Positions 34,214 through 45,230 of a stretch of 64,000 nucleotides of DNA are shown in pieces. The stretch's first letter is position 1; each line of letters opens with the position of its first letter. The DNA is taken from the NCBI GenBank assembly GCA_965277715.1, contig OZ255836.1, positions 384,001-448,000 on the forward strand. Direction: 5' to 3'. The notes beneath the pieces were generated by a model that was not told where the DNA came from, searched no databases, and saw only the letters and a list, made by a program, of their open reading frames with translations. A program made the position numbers and the translations under genes. This stretch comes from Gammaproteobacteria bacterium. Its GTDB lineage: Bacteria > Pseudomonadota > Gammaproteobacteria > JBCCGL01.

Positions 34214-36106
34214 ATGGCACTTTTACAAATAGCAGAACCGGGACAATCGACCGTACCGCATCAACGGCGGCTGGCTGTCGGCATCGATTTAGGCACCACC
34301 AATTCGCTGGTTGCCAGTGTGCGCAGTGGCACAGCAGAAGTGCTGCCCGATGAACAGGGCAGGGTGTTACTGCCCTCGGTGGTGCGCTACCTGGAAACCA
34401 GTGAACGCATTGTTGGCAGTGAGGCAAAACAACAGGCGGTCAACGATCCATTGAATACAATCAGTTCAGTGAAGCGCTTGATTGGCCGCAGTTATAGCGA
34501 GGTGACTGAAAGTGCCGTTGCAAGCGGCCATACACACTATCGGTTTTCACCAGGCCCATCGGGCCTGCCGTGTATCGATACCGTTGCGGGCAGTTTTAAC
34601 CCGATAGACATCTCTGCCGATATTCTCTCCAGCCTGCGCGCACGTGCTGAAGCCACGTTAGGTGGTGAGCTGGTCGGTGCGGTGATTACTGTGCCCGCTT
34701 ATTTCGATGATGCGCAACGACAATCGACAAAAGATGCCGCGCAATTGGCTGGCCTGCATGTGTTGCGCTTGATTAACGAACCGACAGCCGCAGCCATTGC
34801 CTATGGGTTGGATAAAGCCTCTGAAGGCATTACAGTAATCTACGATTTTGGTGGAGGCACTTTTGATGTGTCTGTGCTGCGCTTGAACAAAGGGTTGTTT
34901 GAAGTCATGGCGACGGCGGGTGACACAGCGCTCGGCGGTGATGATATCGATGCCTGCCTGGCGCGTTGGTTAGCGCAGCAAATGGGTGTGGTGTTTGGCA
35001 GCACAGCAGCGACTGATCGCGCATTATTGGATACGGCGCGTGCAACAAAACAATCACTGAGTGATGCCGAAACGGTATCGATTGCTGTTCCCAGTGAGTT
35101 GGGGGTTGCAACGTTGCGCCAGCCAAGCCTGTCACGGCAGCAGTTTGACGCATTAATTGAGCCCTTAATACGTCGCACCCTGAGCCCGTGTCGGCGCGCA
35201 CTGCGCGATGCCGGTGTCGATAAAGACCAGGTATGTGCCGTGGTGATGGTCGGCGGCTCAACGCGTATACCATTGGTGCGCACAACGATCAGCACATTCT
35301 TTAACCGCCAGGTGTTGACGCATATCGACCCCGACAAAGTCGTTGCCGTTGGTGCCGCGATTCAGGCCGATGTGCTCGCGGGCAATAAAACCGACGATGA
35401 AATGCTGTTGCTGGATGTAACACCGCTGTCACTCGGTGTGGAAATGATGGGCGGGCTCACCGAAAAAGTCATTCCCCGCAACACCACAATACCGGTTGCC
35501 CGCGCCCAGGAATTTACCACGTATGAAGATGGGCAAACGGCCATGGCATTGCACGTTGTTCAGGGTGAGCGGGAGCTGGTCGAAGACTGTCGCTCGCTGG
35601 CGCGCTTTGAATTGCGCGGGTTTCCACCGATGGTGGCGGGCGCAGCGCGGATTCAGGTGACGTTTCAAGTGGATGCCGATGGCTTACTCACCGTAACCGC
35701 AAACGAGAAAAACAGCGGTGTGCAGGCCAGCATCGACGTTAAGCCCTCCTTTGGGCTGGCAGACGGTGAAATTGAAACCATGTTGCGTGAGTCGATGGAC
35801 CTGGCCAGCGACGATATACAGGCACGCCGCCTGCGCGAGCAACAGGTAGAAGCCGACCGCGTGATTGAGGCACTGGACTCAGCGCTGCAAAAAGACGCTG
35901 AACAGTTTCTCGATGAAAATGAGAGAAACCAAATTGATGCAGCGCGCAATACCTTACTGACAGCGAGACAAAGCAGCGATGTCAGCGCAATCAAAACCGC
36001 TATTTCCACACTTGAAAAAGCCAGCGAAGGCTATGTCGCCAAACGTATGAACGCGAGCGTTGATGCAGCGATGTCGGGTCATCATATTGACGAGTATCAG
36101 GCTTAG
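34214..36106 (+). CDS. hscA: Fe-S chaperone
   Basis: [19 protein letters not shown] and Hsp70 motifs within the isc operon. Confidence 0.97.
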   Translation: MALLQIAEPGQSTVPHQRRLAVGIDLGTTNSLVASVRSGTAEVLPDEQGRVLLPSVVRYLETSERIVGSEAKQQAVNDPLNTISSVKRLIGRSYSEVTESAVASGHTHYRFSPGPSGLPCIDTVAGSFNPIDISADILSSLRARAEATLGGELVGAVITVPAYFDDAQRQSTKDAAQLAGLHVLRLINEPTAAAIAYGLDKASEGITVIYDFGGGTFDVSVLRLNKGLFEVMATAGDTALGGDDIDACLARWLAQQMGVVFGSTAATDRALLDTARATKQSLSDAETVSIAVPSELGVATLRQPSLSRQQFDALIEPLIRRTLSPCRRALRDAGVDKDQVCAVVMVGGSTRIPLVRTTISTFFNRQVLTHIDPDKVVAVGAAIQADVLAGNKTDDEMLLLDVTPLSLGVEMMGGLTEKVIPRNTTIPVARAQEFTTYEDGQTAMALHVVQGERELVEDCRSLARFELRGFPPMVAGAARIQVTFQVDADGLLTVTANEKNSGVQASIDVKPSFGLADGEIETMLRESMDLASDDIQARRLREQQVEADRVIEALDSALQKDAEQFLDENERNQIDAARNTLLTARQSSDVSAIKTAISTLEKASEGYVAKRMNASVDAAMSGHHIDEYQA

Positions 36107-36148
36107 AAACCTGTCGGTCAGGTTTGTTAACAACGAGTATTAATCCAT

Positions 36149-36487
36149 ATGCCGCAAATAGTTGTACTACCCCATGAAGAAATGTGCCCCGACGGGGTCG
36201 TGCTCGATGTTGAATCAGGCATTTCAATTTGTGATGCCCTGTTGAAAAACGGTGTTGATATTGAGCACGCCTGTGAAAAGTCCTGCGCGTGTACAACCTG
36301 CCACGTTTACATACGGGAGGGTTACGATTCACTTGAAGAGGCGACCGAACTGGAAGACGATTATCTCGATAAAGCCTGGGGGCTGGACACCGAATCGCGA
36401 TTGAGTTGCCAGGCACTGGTCGCCAGTGACGACCTCATTGTCGAAATCCCCAAATACACGATTAACATGGTCTCTGAAAATCACTGA
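36149..36487 (+). CDS. fdx: ISC [2Fe-2S] ferredoxin
   Basis: HACEKSCACTTCH, SRLSCQ. Confidence 0.97.
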   Translation: MPQIVVLPHEEMCPDGVVLDVESGISICDALLKNGVDIEHACEKSCACTTCHVYIREGYDSLEEATELEDDYLDKAWGLDTESRLSCQALVASDDLIVEIPKYTINMVSENH

Positions 36488-36497
36488 GGATCCTACT

Positions 36498-36692
36498 ATG
36501 CAGTGGACTGATACATTAGAAATTGCCATTCAACTCGATGAAGCACACCCGGATATCGATCCACAATATGTGCGTTTTACCGATCTGCATGCCTGGGTCT
36601 GCGCGCTGGATGAGTTTGCCGACGACGCTGAACGGTCTAACGAAAAAATCCTCGAAGCCATTCAAATGGCCTGGATCGATGAACGCGACTGA
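36498..36692 (+). CDS. iscX: Fe-S assembly protein IscX
   Basis: MQWTD..EIA, RFTDL, NEKILEAIQMAW. Confidence 0.95.
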   Translation: MQWTDTLEIAIQLDEAHPDIDPQYVRFTDLHAWVCALDEFADDAERSNEKILEAIQMAWIDERD

Positions 36693-36943
36693 TGTAAGGG
36701 GTATCCTAAAAACGCCACGAGTGAAAATAAGATAGGGCGGAAATTGACAAAAAAGCGCAGTTTGCACAGAGTAAATGAACATTTTTTGTCCGCTTCCAGC
36801 ACTGCATCACCGGGCGCAGTCGTTTTAAAATACCCTTTTTATGCGGTAAGGCAGGGCGTATCAGCCATACTGTGCGCTTTATAAGCATAGGGAACCCCAG
36901 TACAATAGCCTGTTTACCCACGTAAATCTGGAGTCCATTATAA

Positions 36944-37372
36944 ATGGCTATTGAGCAAACCTTTTCCATCGTTAAACCCGACGCAGTGGCAAAAAATGTC
37001 ATTGGTGAAATTTACAGTCGCTTTGAAAAAGCGGGCCTGAAAATTGTCGCTTCACGTATGTTGCATATGAGTGAGCAGCAGGCACAGGCTTTTTACGCCG
37101 TCCATAAAGAGCGTCCTTTTTATAGTGATCTGGTGGCTTTTATGACCTCAGGCCCGGTAATGGTACAAGTGCTGGAAGGCGAAAATGCCATTGCGCGCAA
37201 TCGTGAAATTATGGGGGCGACTAACCCTGCGGATGCCGATGCCGGTACTATTCGTGCAGATTTTGCCAGCAACGTGGAAGAAAACGCCGTACACGGTTCC
37301 GACGCGGTAGAAACTGCGCGTGAAGAGATTGCATTCTTCTTTCCCGATGGGGTTTGCCAGCGCACCCGCTAA
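36944..37372 (+). CDS. ndk: Nucleoside diphosphate kinase
   Basis: [24 protein letters not shown]. Confidence 0.98.
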   Translation: MAIEQTFSIVKPDAVAKNVIGEIYSRFEKAGLKIVASRMLHMSEQQAQAFYAVHKERPFYSDLVAFMTSGPVMVQVLEGENAIARNREIMGATNPADADAGTIRADFASNVEENAVHGSDAVETAREEIAFFFPDGVCQRTR

Positions 37373-37379
37373 GCTCACT

Positions 37380-38576
37380 ATGCCAAGACAAACTGCTAAA
37401 ACAAAGTTTAACCTGCTGGATTACGACCGGCAGGGTTTGCAGGATCTGTTTGTCTCGCTGGAAGAAAAACCCTTTCGTGCCACCCAGTTGATGAAATGGG
37501 TATACCAGGCGGGTGAAGATGATTTCACCCGCATGAGCAACCTCAGCAAAGTGTTAAGGGAAAAACTGTCGCGCCTTGCCGAAGTGCGTATGCCCGAGGT
37601 GGCGTTGGCACATAAATCCACCGACGGCACCTGGAAATGGCTGTTCAGGCTCGACAGTGGCAATAGCATCGAATGCGTATATATCCCCGAAACCAACCGT
37701 GGCACATTGTGTATTTCCACACAGGTCGGCTGTGCACTCGATTGCTCATTTTGTGCCACCGCGAGAGAAGGCTTTAATCGCAACCTGAGCACGGCAGAAA
37801 TCATTGGTCAGTTGCGTTTAGCGAATCAGCTATTAGCGCAGGATGCGGCCCAGGACGCAACCCGGAGCACGAGCCAGGGCACGGTTCAGGATACTGCGGC
37901 CCAAAGTGTTTTGGAAAAGGGCAGCCCCCATGGTCCACCACGCATTAGCAATATCGTGTTGATGGGCATGGGTGAACCTCTGGCAAACTTTGATAATGTT
38001 GTCAAAGCATTGCGTTTGATGATGGATGATTTTGCCTATGGCCTCAGCAAACGGCGGGTAACCCTAAGTACCTCTGGTATTGTACCGGCCATGTATCGCC
38101 TTTACGATGCGGTTGACGTTGCCCTGGCGGTTTCACTGCACGCCCCCAACGATGCATTGCGTGATCAACTAGTGCCCATTAACCGCAAATACCCTATTGA
38201 TCAATTGATGCAGGCGTGCCACCGTTATGTACAGGGAGACCGTAAAAAACACGTTACCTTTGAATACGTTATGTTGGCGGGAGTTAATGACCAGGCGGAG
38301 CACGCCCGTGAACTATTGGCGCTGGTGCGCAATATGCCGGCAAAGGTTAATCTGATTCCATTTAACCCATTTGCCGCATCTGGCTACCGTTGTTCGAGCC
38401 GTGAAGTGATCGATCAGTTTCGAAAAATACTCAGTGATGGCGGACTAATCGCCGTGACGAGAAAGACCCGGGGCGATGATATCAGCGCAGCCTGTGGGCA
38501 GTTGGCGGGAAAAATTGAAGATAAAAGCCGTCGACAGCTAAAGTTTTCCCAACTCAGATTTGGCGAGCAGGCATGA
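37380..38576 (+). CDS. rlmN: Dual-specificity RNA methyltransferase
   Basis: CALDCSFC radical-SAM motif, MGMGEP, AACGQL. Confidence 0.96.
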   Translation: MPRQTAKTKFNLLDYDRQGLQDLFVSLEEKPFRATQLMKWVYQAGEDDFTRMSNLSKVLREKLSRLAEVRMPEVALAHKSTDGTWKWLFRLDSGNSIECVYIPETNRGTLCISTQVGCALDCSFCATAREGFNRNLSTAEIIGQLRLANQLLAQDAAQDATRSTSQGTVQDTAAQSVLEKGSPHGPPRISNIVLMGMGEPLANFDNVVKALRLMMDDFAYGLSKRRVTLSTSGIVPAMYRLYDAVDVALAVSLHAPNDALRDQLVPINRKYPIDQLMQACHRYVQGDRKKHVTFEYVMLAGVNDQAEHARELLALVRNMPAKVNLIPFNPFAASGYRCSSREVIDQFRKILSDGGLIAVTRKTRGDDISAACGQLAGKIEDKSRRQLKFSQLRFGEQA

Positions 38577-39328
38577 CAAAAAAAGTAATATATATGCTAT
38601 TACTGATGGTGTTATTGCCCGCTTGCACGACGACGACATCCTCACCAAATACCGGCAATCTGAAAAAAGCGGCAGAATATAACGCCAGCCTGGGTTCCCA
38701 ATACCTGAATGCCGGTGAATTAAAAAAAGCCCGCGCCAAATTGCTAAAGGCACTCGATCAGGATAGCGAAAATGCCGAGGCAAATTTTTCCTACGGCTTG
38801 CTATTATCCCGTGTTAAGCAGGCCCCACAGGCCGAGACTTACTTTCTCAAGGCAATCAAACTGGCCCCGGATGAAACGTACTATCAGGATACGTTTGGTA
38901 TATTTCTATGCCGCCTCGATCGTTTTGATGAGGCCAATACGTGGTTTATCCAAGCGGCCAACAACCCATACAATGAAACCCCCGAATACGCTTACAATAA
39001 CGCCGGAAGCTGTGCATTGAGCCAGGGAAAACGATTGGAGGCAGAAGAGAGTATCCGCCAGGCACTGCGCAAAAATCCGCGCTTTGCACCCGCTTTATTG
39101 AATATGGCTGAACTCTCTCTCGATCTGAAAAAATACCGTATCGCCAAAGCCTATTATTCACGCGCATTGAAATACACCAAACAAACAGCCGATAGTTTGT
39201 GGTTAGGCGTTAAAATCAACAGATTATTAGGTGATCGACGAGCAGTGGACAACTACGGTTTGATGCTGAAGCGGGATTTCCCACAATCCCAGGAAACCTT
39301 GTTATACCTGGAATCAAAACAGCTATGA
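38573..39328 (+). CDS. pilW: Type IV pilus biogenesis TPR lipoprotein PilW/PilF
   Basis: Lipobox LPAC, TPR repeats, position between rlmN and rodZ. Confidence 0.85.
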   Translation: MTKKVIYMLLLMVLLPACTTTTSSPNTGNLKKAAEYNASLGSQYLNAGELKKARAKLLKALDQDSENAEANFSYGLLLSRVKQAPQAETYFLKAIKLAPDETYYQDTFGIFLCRLDRFDEANTWFIQAANNPYNETPEYAYNNAGSCALSQGKRLEAEESIRQALRKNPRFAPALLNMAELSLDLKKYRIAKAYYSRALKYTKQTADSLWLGVKINRLLGDRRAVDNYGLMLKRDFPQSQETLLYLESKQL

Positions 39329-40356
39329 GCGAAGAGATACAAATAGAAAGTGTTGGTAGCCAGTTACGCAAAGCACGCGAACAGCAACAATTAGCCCAGG
39401 AATTGGTGGCAGGCCGGTTAAACCTGAGCGTACAAACTATTGACGCATTGGAAACAGACGATTTAGATAAATTGCCCCCTCCATCCTTTACGCGTGGGTA
39501 TCTGCGTGCCTATGCAAAATTGCTCGCTATGGACTCAGATGACCTCATCGTTGCCTATAACAAACACGCACCGATCGAGCCGGAGTTGATGCCTAAAAGC
39601 CAAATGATCAATGAGAACAAAAAGCGATCTCCGGTAATGGCCTGGGCAACGTTAGCGATTATATTGATTATATTGACACTGCTGGGAATGTGGTGGTATG
39701 GCGTGTCTAACCCGGAAAGTGGTATCGGTGGGTTTGAGCTTTTGTCTGGCCAAACCGATGACGAGGGTGGCGATGAAACAGAAAAAGAGGCAACAGTGTC
39801 ACTGCGCACGATAGACATAGCACCTGAAAATACCGGGCAATCTGATGGTGAGCCATTGCCGGATGGTACGCTGAAATTACCCACTCAAACGCAACCCGAA
39901 GACAATACATCTGAAAACACACCACCAAATAATCCAACGGATGAAGCCGCAGCGGGTGGGAATACCACTAACACGGATGATTCAAACGAGGTGGGGTTTA
40001 TAGGTCAATCGCCTGCCAAATTAACCTCTATTGATGATGTAGTGACTACGCGTGACGATACACAGAAGCAGGCAACCCTGTCTTCACCCAAGAAGGTGGA
40101 TGTACTGGAAATCCAAAGTGAAAACGACTCCTGGGTGGAGGTTGTCGATGCCAATGGCGCCCGCTTAATGTACGATATGTTAGCCAAAACACAAAAACGC
40201 GAATTGCGTGGCACAGCGCCCTTTCTGATTTTTCTTGGTCACGCGCCCGGTATTTCAATGACAATGAATGGCATAGCAGTGAAAGCGCCAGAGTATAGTC
40301 AAAGCAGTAAAACCTCACGTTTTATCGTCTATTCGGACGGTAGCCAAAATCTCTGA
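39325..40356 (+). CDS. rodZ: Cytoskeleton protein RodZ
   Basis: HTH with FTRGYLRAYA, single TM, C-terminal SWVEVVDANG domain. Confidence 0.9.
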   Translation: MSEEIQIESVGSQLRKAREQQQLAQELVAGRLNLSVQTIDALETDDLDKLPPPSFTRGYLRAYAKLLAMDSDDLIVAYNKHAPIEPELMPKSQMINENKKRSPVMAWATLAIILIILTLLGMWWYGVSNPESGIGGFELLSGQTDDEGGDETEKEATVSLRTIDIAPENTGQSDGEPLPDGTLKLPTQTQPEDNTSENTPPNNPTDEAAAGGNTTNTDDSNEVGFIGQSPAKLTSIDDVVTTRDDTQKQATLSSPKKVDVLEIQSENDSWVEVVDANGARLMYDMLAKTQKRELRGTAPFLIFLGHAPGISMTMNGIAVKAPEYSQSSKTSRFIVYSDGSQNL

Positions 40357-40392
40357 TGCCCTCCTCAGCACCCTCTTGTACACACTGATTCC

Positions 40393-41673
40393 ATGAGCCA
40401 GACAATTAACAGTATCCGCGGGATGCACGACATCCTGCCAGTGCACAATGATGCCTGGCATTTTCTCGAAGAAAAAGTACGCCAGCTAATGGTGGGGTAT
40501 AACTACGCGGAAATTCGCACCCCGATTATTGAAAAAACAGCACTATTTTGCCGCTCGATTGGTGAGGTAACCGATATTGTTGAAAAGGAAATGTACACAT
40601 TTGCCGACCGTAACGGCGACAGTTTGAGCCTGCGTCCGGAAAATACCGCCAGTTGTGTACGCGCAGGTATAGAGCACGGTTTGTTGTACAACAATATCCA
40701 GCGCCTATGGTATAGCGGCCCGATGTTTCGCCACGAGCGCCCACAAAAAGGGCGGTACCGTCAGTTTCACCAAATTGGCGCTGAGGTTTTTGGTGTTGCC
40801 GGCCCCTATATCGAAGTGGAACTAATACTGATGAGTGCACGCCTATGGCGTCTGTTAGGCATTGATAGTGAAATACAATTGGAGATCAATAGCCTGGGTG
40901 ACAGTGAAGACCGCCAGCGCTACCGTGCCTGCCTGGTCGCTTATTTTGAGCAGCACAAAGACGTGCTTGACGACGATAGCCTGCGCCGGTTGCACAGTAA
41001 TCCACTGCGTATTCTGGACAGTAAAAACCCTGCGCTGCAGGCGCTGATCGAAGCGGCACCACGCCTGATGGATGAATTGAGCGATGCATCCCGTCAGCAC
41101 TTCCAGACATTGACAGAATTGCTCGACTGTAACGGTATTCCCTACCGCATAAACCACCGTCTGGTGCGCGGATTGGATTACTATAGCCATACAGTCTTTG
41201 AATGGGTAACGCAGCAACTGGGCGCTCAGGGTACGGTGTGTGCAGGCGGGCGTTACGATGGCTTAATTGAACAACTCGGTGGTAAGCCGACACCGGGCGC
41301 CGGGTGGGCAAGCGGTATTGAACGCTTGTTGGCACTTATCGACGTGAGGCAAAAACGGGTACCGGTGTGCTCACCACATGCTTATTTAGTGTTGTCTGGC
41401 GCGCGCGCGCGCACAGATGGCCTACCGCTGGCTGAGTACTTGCGTGATCAGGTGGATGCTTTGTGTTTGCAGGTCGATTGTTCGGGTGGCAGTATCAAAA
41501 GCCAGTTTAAACGGGCCGATAAAAGCGGGGCCGAGTTGGCGTTGGTGCTCGGTGACGAGGAAATCGATGCGCAGACAATTACCGTTAAACCATTGCGGGG
41601 CGGCGGTGAACAGCAACCACTCGACCGACTGGCTTTGTGTGAATTATTGAAAAAAACGACGGGATGTACCTAA
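40393..41673 (+). CDS. hisS: Histidine--tRNA ligase
   Basis: [33 protein letters not shown]. Confidence 0.98.
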   Translation: MSQTINSIRGMHDILPVHNDAWHFLEEKVRQLMVGYNYAEIRTPIIEKTALFCRSIGEVTDIVEKEMYTFADRNGDSLSLRPENTASCVRAGIEHGLLYNNIQRLWYSGPMFRHERPQKGRYRQFHQIGAEVFGVAGPYIEVELILMSARLWRLLGIDSEIQLEINSLGDSEDRQRYRACLVAYFEQHKDVLDDDSLRRLHSNPLRILDSKNPALQALIEAAPRLMDELSDASRQHFQTLTELLDCNGIPYRINHRLVRGLDYYSHTVFEWVTQQLGAQGTVCAGGRYDGLIEQLGGKPTPGAGWASGIERLLALIDVRQKRVPVCSPHAYLVLSGARARTDGLPLAEYLRDQVDALCLQVDCSGGSIKSQFKRADKSGAELALVLGDEEIDAQTITVKPLRGGGEQQPLDRLALCELLKKTTGCT

Positions 41674-41807
41674 GTTAATCAGCTTAATTAATCAAACCGA
41701 TGAATCAACCGATGAACCCAGAGGCATTATCACGGGTGCAAAAAAGTGCCTGTTTGCAGGGTTGTTGGGTTAACAATTGCTATTGATAGTGATAGTGGAG
41801 TTTTGCG

Positions 41808-42443
41808 ATGAACGATACAGAAGAAGAACAAATTGAATCCATAAAAAAATGGTGGGCCGAAAATGGGCGTGCCATTATTATCGGCGTCATCATTGGCGCG
41901 GGGGGCATATTCGGCTGGCGTTTCTGGGAGGGACACCAACAGGGACAGGCCCAGGTGGCATCACTGGCCTACGAGGCCTTAGTCAGTGAATTTAATAAGG
42001 GGGATGCCGAACAAGTCGATACCCTTACCGAATCATTGAAGGACGAGCACGCATCGACGCCTTATGCGGCACTGGCATCCCTGTTAAACGCAAAGCTTGC
42101 CGTGGATAACAGCGAGCTGGACAAGGCGGCCAGTGCATTGCGCTGGGCCGTGGAAAACACACCGGAAGAAGGTGTGCGCAGCATTGCAAGGTTGCGTTTG
42201 TCACGGGTGCTGAGTGCACAGGATAACCACGATGATGCGCTCAGTGTGCTGAATAATAGTTTCCCGGATGCATACACGGCGTTGGTCGAAGAACTCAAAG
42301 GCGATGTGTTGGTGGCTCAAGGTAACCCGAGTCTGGCCCGCGAAGCGTATTCACGCGCCATGCTTACGGATCAGTCGCAAGGGAGCACCGCCCTGTTAAA
42401 AATGAAACTGGATGATCTATCTACCGTGGCAGATGAGTCATAA
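41808..42443 (+). CDS. yfgM: Ancillary SecYEG translocon TPR protein YfgM
   Basis: EEEQIESIKKWWAENG, ARLRL, ELKGD; between hisS and bamB. Confidence 0.9.
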   Translation: MNDTEEEQIESIKKWWAENGRAIIIGVIIGAGGIFGWRFWEGHQQGQAQVASLAYEALVSEFNKGDAEQVDTLTESLKDEHASTPYAALASLLNAKLAVDNSELDKAASALRWAVENTPEEGVRSIARLRLSRVLSAQDNHDDALSVLNNSFPDAYTALVEELKGDVLVAQGNPSLAREAYSRAMLTDQSQGSTALLKMKLDDLSTVADES

Positions 42444-42445
42444 TC

Positions 42446-43603
42446 ATGCGTTTGTTCAAAGTGCCCCGCTATTTATCTGCGTTACTGGTTGTCGGTGTAT
42501 TGGCGGCCTGCTCGGCCACCGATAACGCTGAACCGCCGACGCCATTGACCTCATTTCCCGCTACGGCCCGCGTGGTCAGCGTGTGGACATCGCGTATCAG
42601 TGGTGAGGCTAATTCTTTTGCCTACACACTCGTGCCGTATGTGCAGGGTGAAGCGGTTTATGTTGTCGATGACAAGGGCACTGTATTGGCGCTGTCTCAG
42701 GAAAGTGGTGAAACCTTATGGAAACAGTCACTTGATCTGAATGTATCAGCGGGTATCAGCGGTGATGGCAACAACCTTTACTTTGGCACACTACAGGGCG
42801 AGCTTGTCGCGCTCAATCAAGCCGATGGCAGTGAGTTGTGGCGCAATCAAATGACCACTGAAATCGTGGCGCCTCCCACTGCAGGTGATGGTGTGGTCGT
42901 TGCGCGCAGTATCAATGGCAGAGTATCCCTGTTTTCTGCCGATGACGGTGACGAACAGTGGACCTATAACCACAATGTGCCTGCGTTGACCATCCGTGGC
43001 AATAGCCCTGCTTTTTTAATGTCGAATGGCGTGTTGGTCGGGCTGGATAATGGCCGATTGTTAGCGCTTGACCTTGAGCGTGGCCAACCATTTTGGCAGG
43101 TAACGCTTTCTGAACCTTCCGGTCGTTCCGAAATTGAGCGGCTCAGCGATATTGACGCGAGTATCCAGACCGATAATGAATTTATCTATGCCGCTGGGTT
43201 TCAGGGGAAGCTGGCACAAATCAGCCCGGACAAAGGGCGCATTATATGGGCGCGTGAGGTATCCACTATCGCGGGTTTTCGCGTTACAGGTGACGCCATT
43301 TATGTCTCTGACACCGACAGCAATGTATGGTCTATCGACCGCAATACCGGTGCGGCACTGTGGAAACAGGAAAAACTGCGGGCGCGCCAGCTTACCGCTC
43401 CCGTGCCGATAGGCGAATATGTCGTGGTGGGGGATCTGGAAGGTTATGTGCACTGGCTTTCACGGATTGATGGCAGCTTGGCTGCACGCAAACGCATCGA
43501 TAGCAGCCGGATTGTCACTGCCGCTGCCGTGGCAGAGGGCACCTTGTTTGTGCAAACAGGTAATGGGGCGATTGCCGCTTTGCAAATTATTCCTGAGGAG
43601 TGA
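42446..43603 (+). CDS. bamB: Outer-membrane assembly factor BamB
   Basis: Lipobox LAAC, PQQ-like propeller, SEIERLSDID, GDLEGYVHW. Confidence 0.94.
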   Translation: MRLFKVPRYLSALLVVGVLAACSATDNAEPPTPLTSFPATARVVSVWTSRISGEANSFAYTLVPYVQGEAVYVVDDKGTVLALSQESGETLWKQSLDLNVSAGISGDGNNLYFGTLQGELVALNQADGSELWRNQMTTEIVAPPTAGDGVVVARSINGRVSLFSADDGDEQWTYNHNVPALTIRGNSPAFLMSNGVLVGLDNGRLLALDLERGQPFWQVTLSEPSGRSEIERLSDIDASIQTDNEFIYAAGFQGKLAQISPDKGRIIWAREVSTIAGFRVTGDAIYVSDTDSNVWSIDRNTGAALWKQEKLRARQLTAPVPIGEYVVVGDLEGYVHWLSRIDGSLAARKRIDSSRIVTAAAVAEGTLFVQTGNGAIAALQIIPEE

Positions 43604-43714
43604 TTTATAATTTGGATTAAACACGCATCATACAGGCATGTTTTTTGTGCTACAAAAAACGATCAAAAAAGATACCACCTGAGACGTTATTTACGTTTTT
43701 AACCCTAACACAAT

Positions 43715-45103
43715 ATGAGTAACAAACCAGGCAGAAAAATAGCGTGGCTTATGGCGCTTATATGTTTCTTTCTGGGGGCATTACTATTAATCGTGGCGCC
43801 TTTTTTTACGGGTATTTGGGTTGAAAAAAATATCCGCCAGCAGATTGCTGCGCTTAATCAATCGTCGCCATTGGCCATTTCGATTAATTATTACCAACGG
43901 AGTTGGTGGAACAGTGTGGTATTTTCCAGTGTGGCACTCCCATCGCTAAATTTAACCTTTAACTTTTTGCATGAAATTCAACACGGCCCTATAAACAGCA
44001 GGCACTTTGCTGAAAATACACCCTTGTTTTTCTTGGCTGGCGTTTATAGCCAGGCTGTCTTACAGCAACAAACAACAGCGCAACCCACCACCCCTTTACT
44101 GTTCTCATCGATTGCGTTCAACGGTGATATTGAATCATCGGCGATACCCACTGATAAACAATTATTAATTGATGATACTGCTGATTTATCGATAAATGTA
44201 GATCTGGTGTATGCGCAAGCACGCAATCAACGACAATCTCAGCTAATTAAAATACGTGCGCAAATGAACGGGTTAAGTATTCTTACCAATAGCGCTGAAA
44301 TTGAAAACAGCAACGTATCTTTTAGCATTGATCGGGAGCAAAAAGATAAGCGTTTAATAAGCGAGTTGAAATTGAAAATTGAGCAACTTGACTACAACAG
44401 CAGTGGGTTGCAGTTGTCATTTTCTGATAATGTGATAGAAACCCATTTTCATGTCAATAATGCACAATCAGAAATACAACTGATAGGCACAACGGGATTA
44501 CTTGAAGGGCTGGCGTCGTCTTTTACCGATATAGAGTACCACCTGATGATCAGCCAACTCTCACCCGGTCTGTCTGAGTGGAATAAGAACACACGATCTT
44601 TCAGCGAGTTTTTTGCAGGCAGTAAAAATGGGGCGCAGTCGGGTAAACCTGTTTATGAACAATGGATAATGAGCCTGCCACCCGGCATCAAAATCCAATT
44701 GAGCAACCTGTCGTTCAAATATCAGGGGCGGGAAATGAAGCTCTGGGTTGAAGCGACGATACCCGCAGCACCCGACGATGGTGCGTTGGATTTTGTGGGC
44801 CGTTTACACGCAATCACACTGCAGGCGAGATGGACAGTTGACGAATCAATTATCTTCGATCTTATGGAAAGCCGCACCCGCGATGTTATAAATCGAACGG
44901 ATGAATTTGGTCAAATGGAAAAATTTAGCGATGCCGAAGCGGCACCCCTGGTCGTGGGGTCGGTGGAATCACAGTTAAAAATATTGCTCAGAGAAGGTTA
45001 TCTGGATTTCCATAACGGTTTTTACTCTGCGCATCTATCGGTGCAGGATGGCCGTGTAAGCATTAATGGAAAACCCTTTCTTTTGGGTGTTGGAAAACAA
45101 TAG
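43715..45103 (+). CDS. YdgA/DUF945-like exported protein
   Basis: N-terminal TM then PFFTG..VE, YQRSWWNS, HEIQHGP, C-terminal INGKP. Confidence 0.7.
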   Translation: MSNKPGRKIAWLMALICFFLGALLLIVAPFFTGIWVEKNIRQQIAALNQSSPLAISINYYQRSWWNSVVFSSVALPSLNLTFNFLHEIQHGPINSRHFAENTPLFFLAGVYSQAVLQQQTTAQPTTPLLFSSIAFNGDIESSAIPTDKQLLIDDTADLSINVDLVYAQARNQRQSQLIKIRAQMNGLSILTNSAEIENSNVSFSIDREQKDKRLISELKLKIEQLDYNSSGLQLSFSDNVIETHFHVNNAQSEIQLIGTTGLLEGLASSFTDIEYHLMISQLSPGLSEWNKNTRSFSEFFAGSKNGAQSGKPVYEQWIMSLPPGIKIQLSNLSFKYQGREMKLWVEATIPAAPDDGALDFVGRLHAITLQARWTVDESIIFDLMESRTRDVINRTDEFGQMEKFSDAEAAPLVVGSVESQLKILLREGYLDFHNGFYSAHLSVQDGRVSINGKPFLLGVGKQ

Positions 45104-45230
45104 ATTTACGCACATTTTGTGTGGGCACTTGATGACGTGGCATTATCCGTTGGGGTTTTGCTACGCTTTCATGCGATAATCTCCAACAGTTAATTCTTTC
45201 TCTCACGTGCTTTCCACAGTAAACCTTTCT

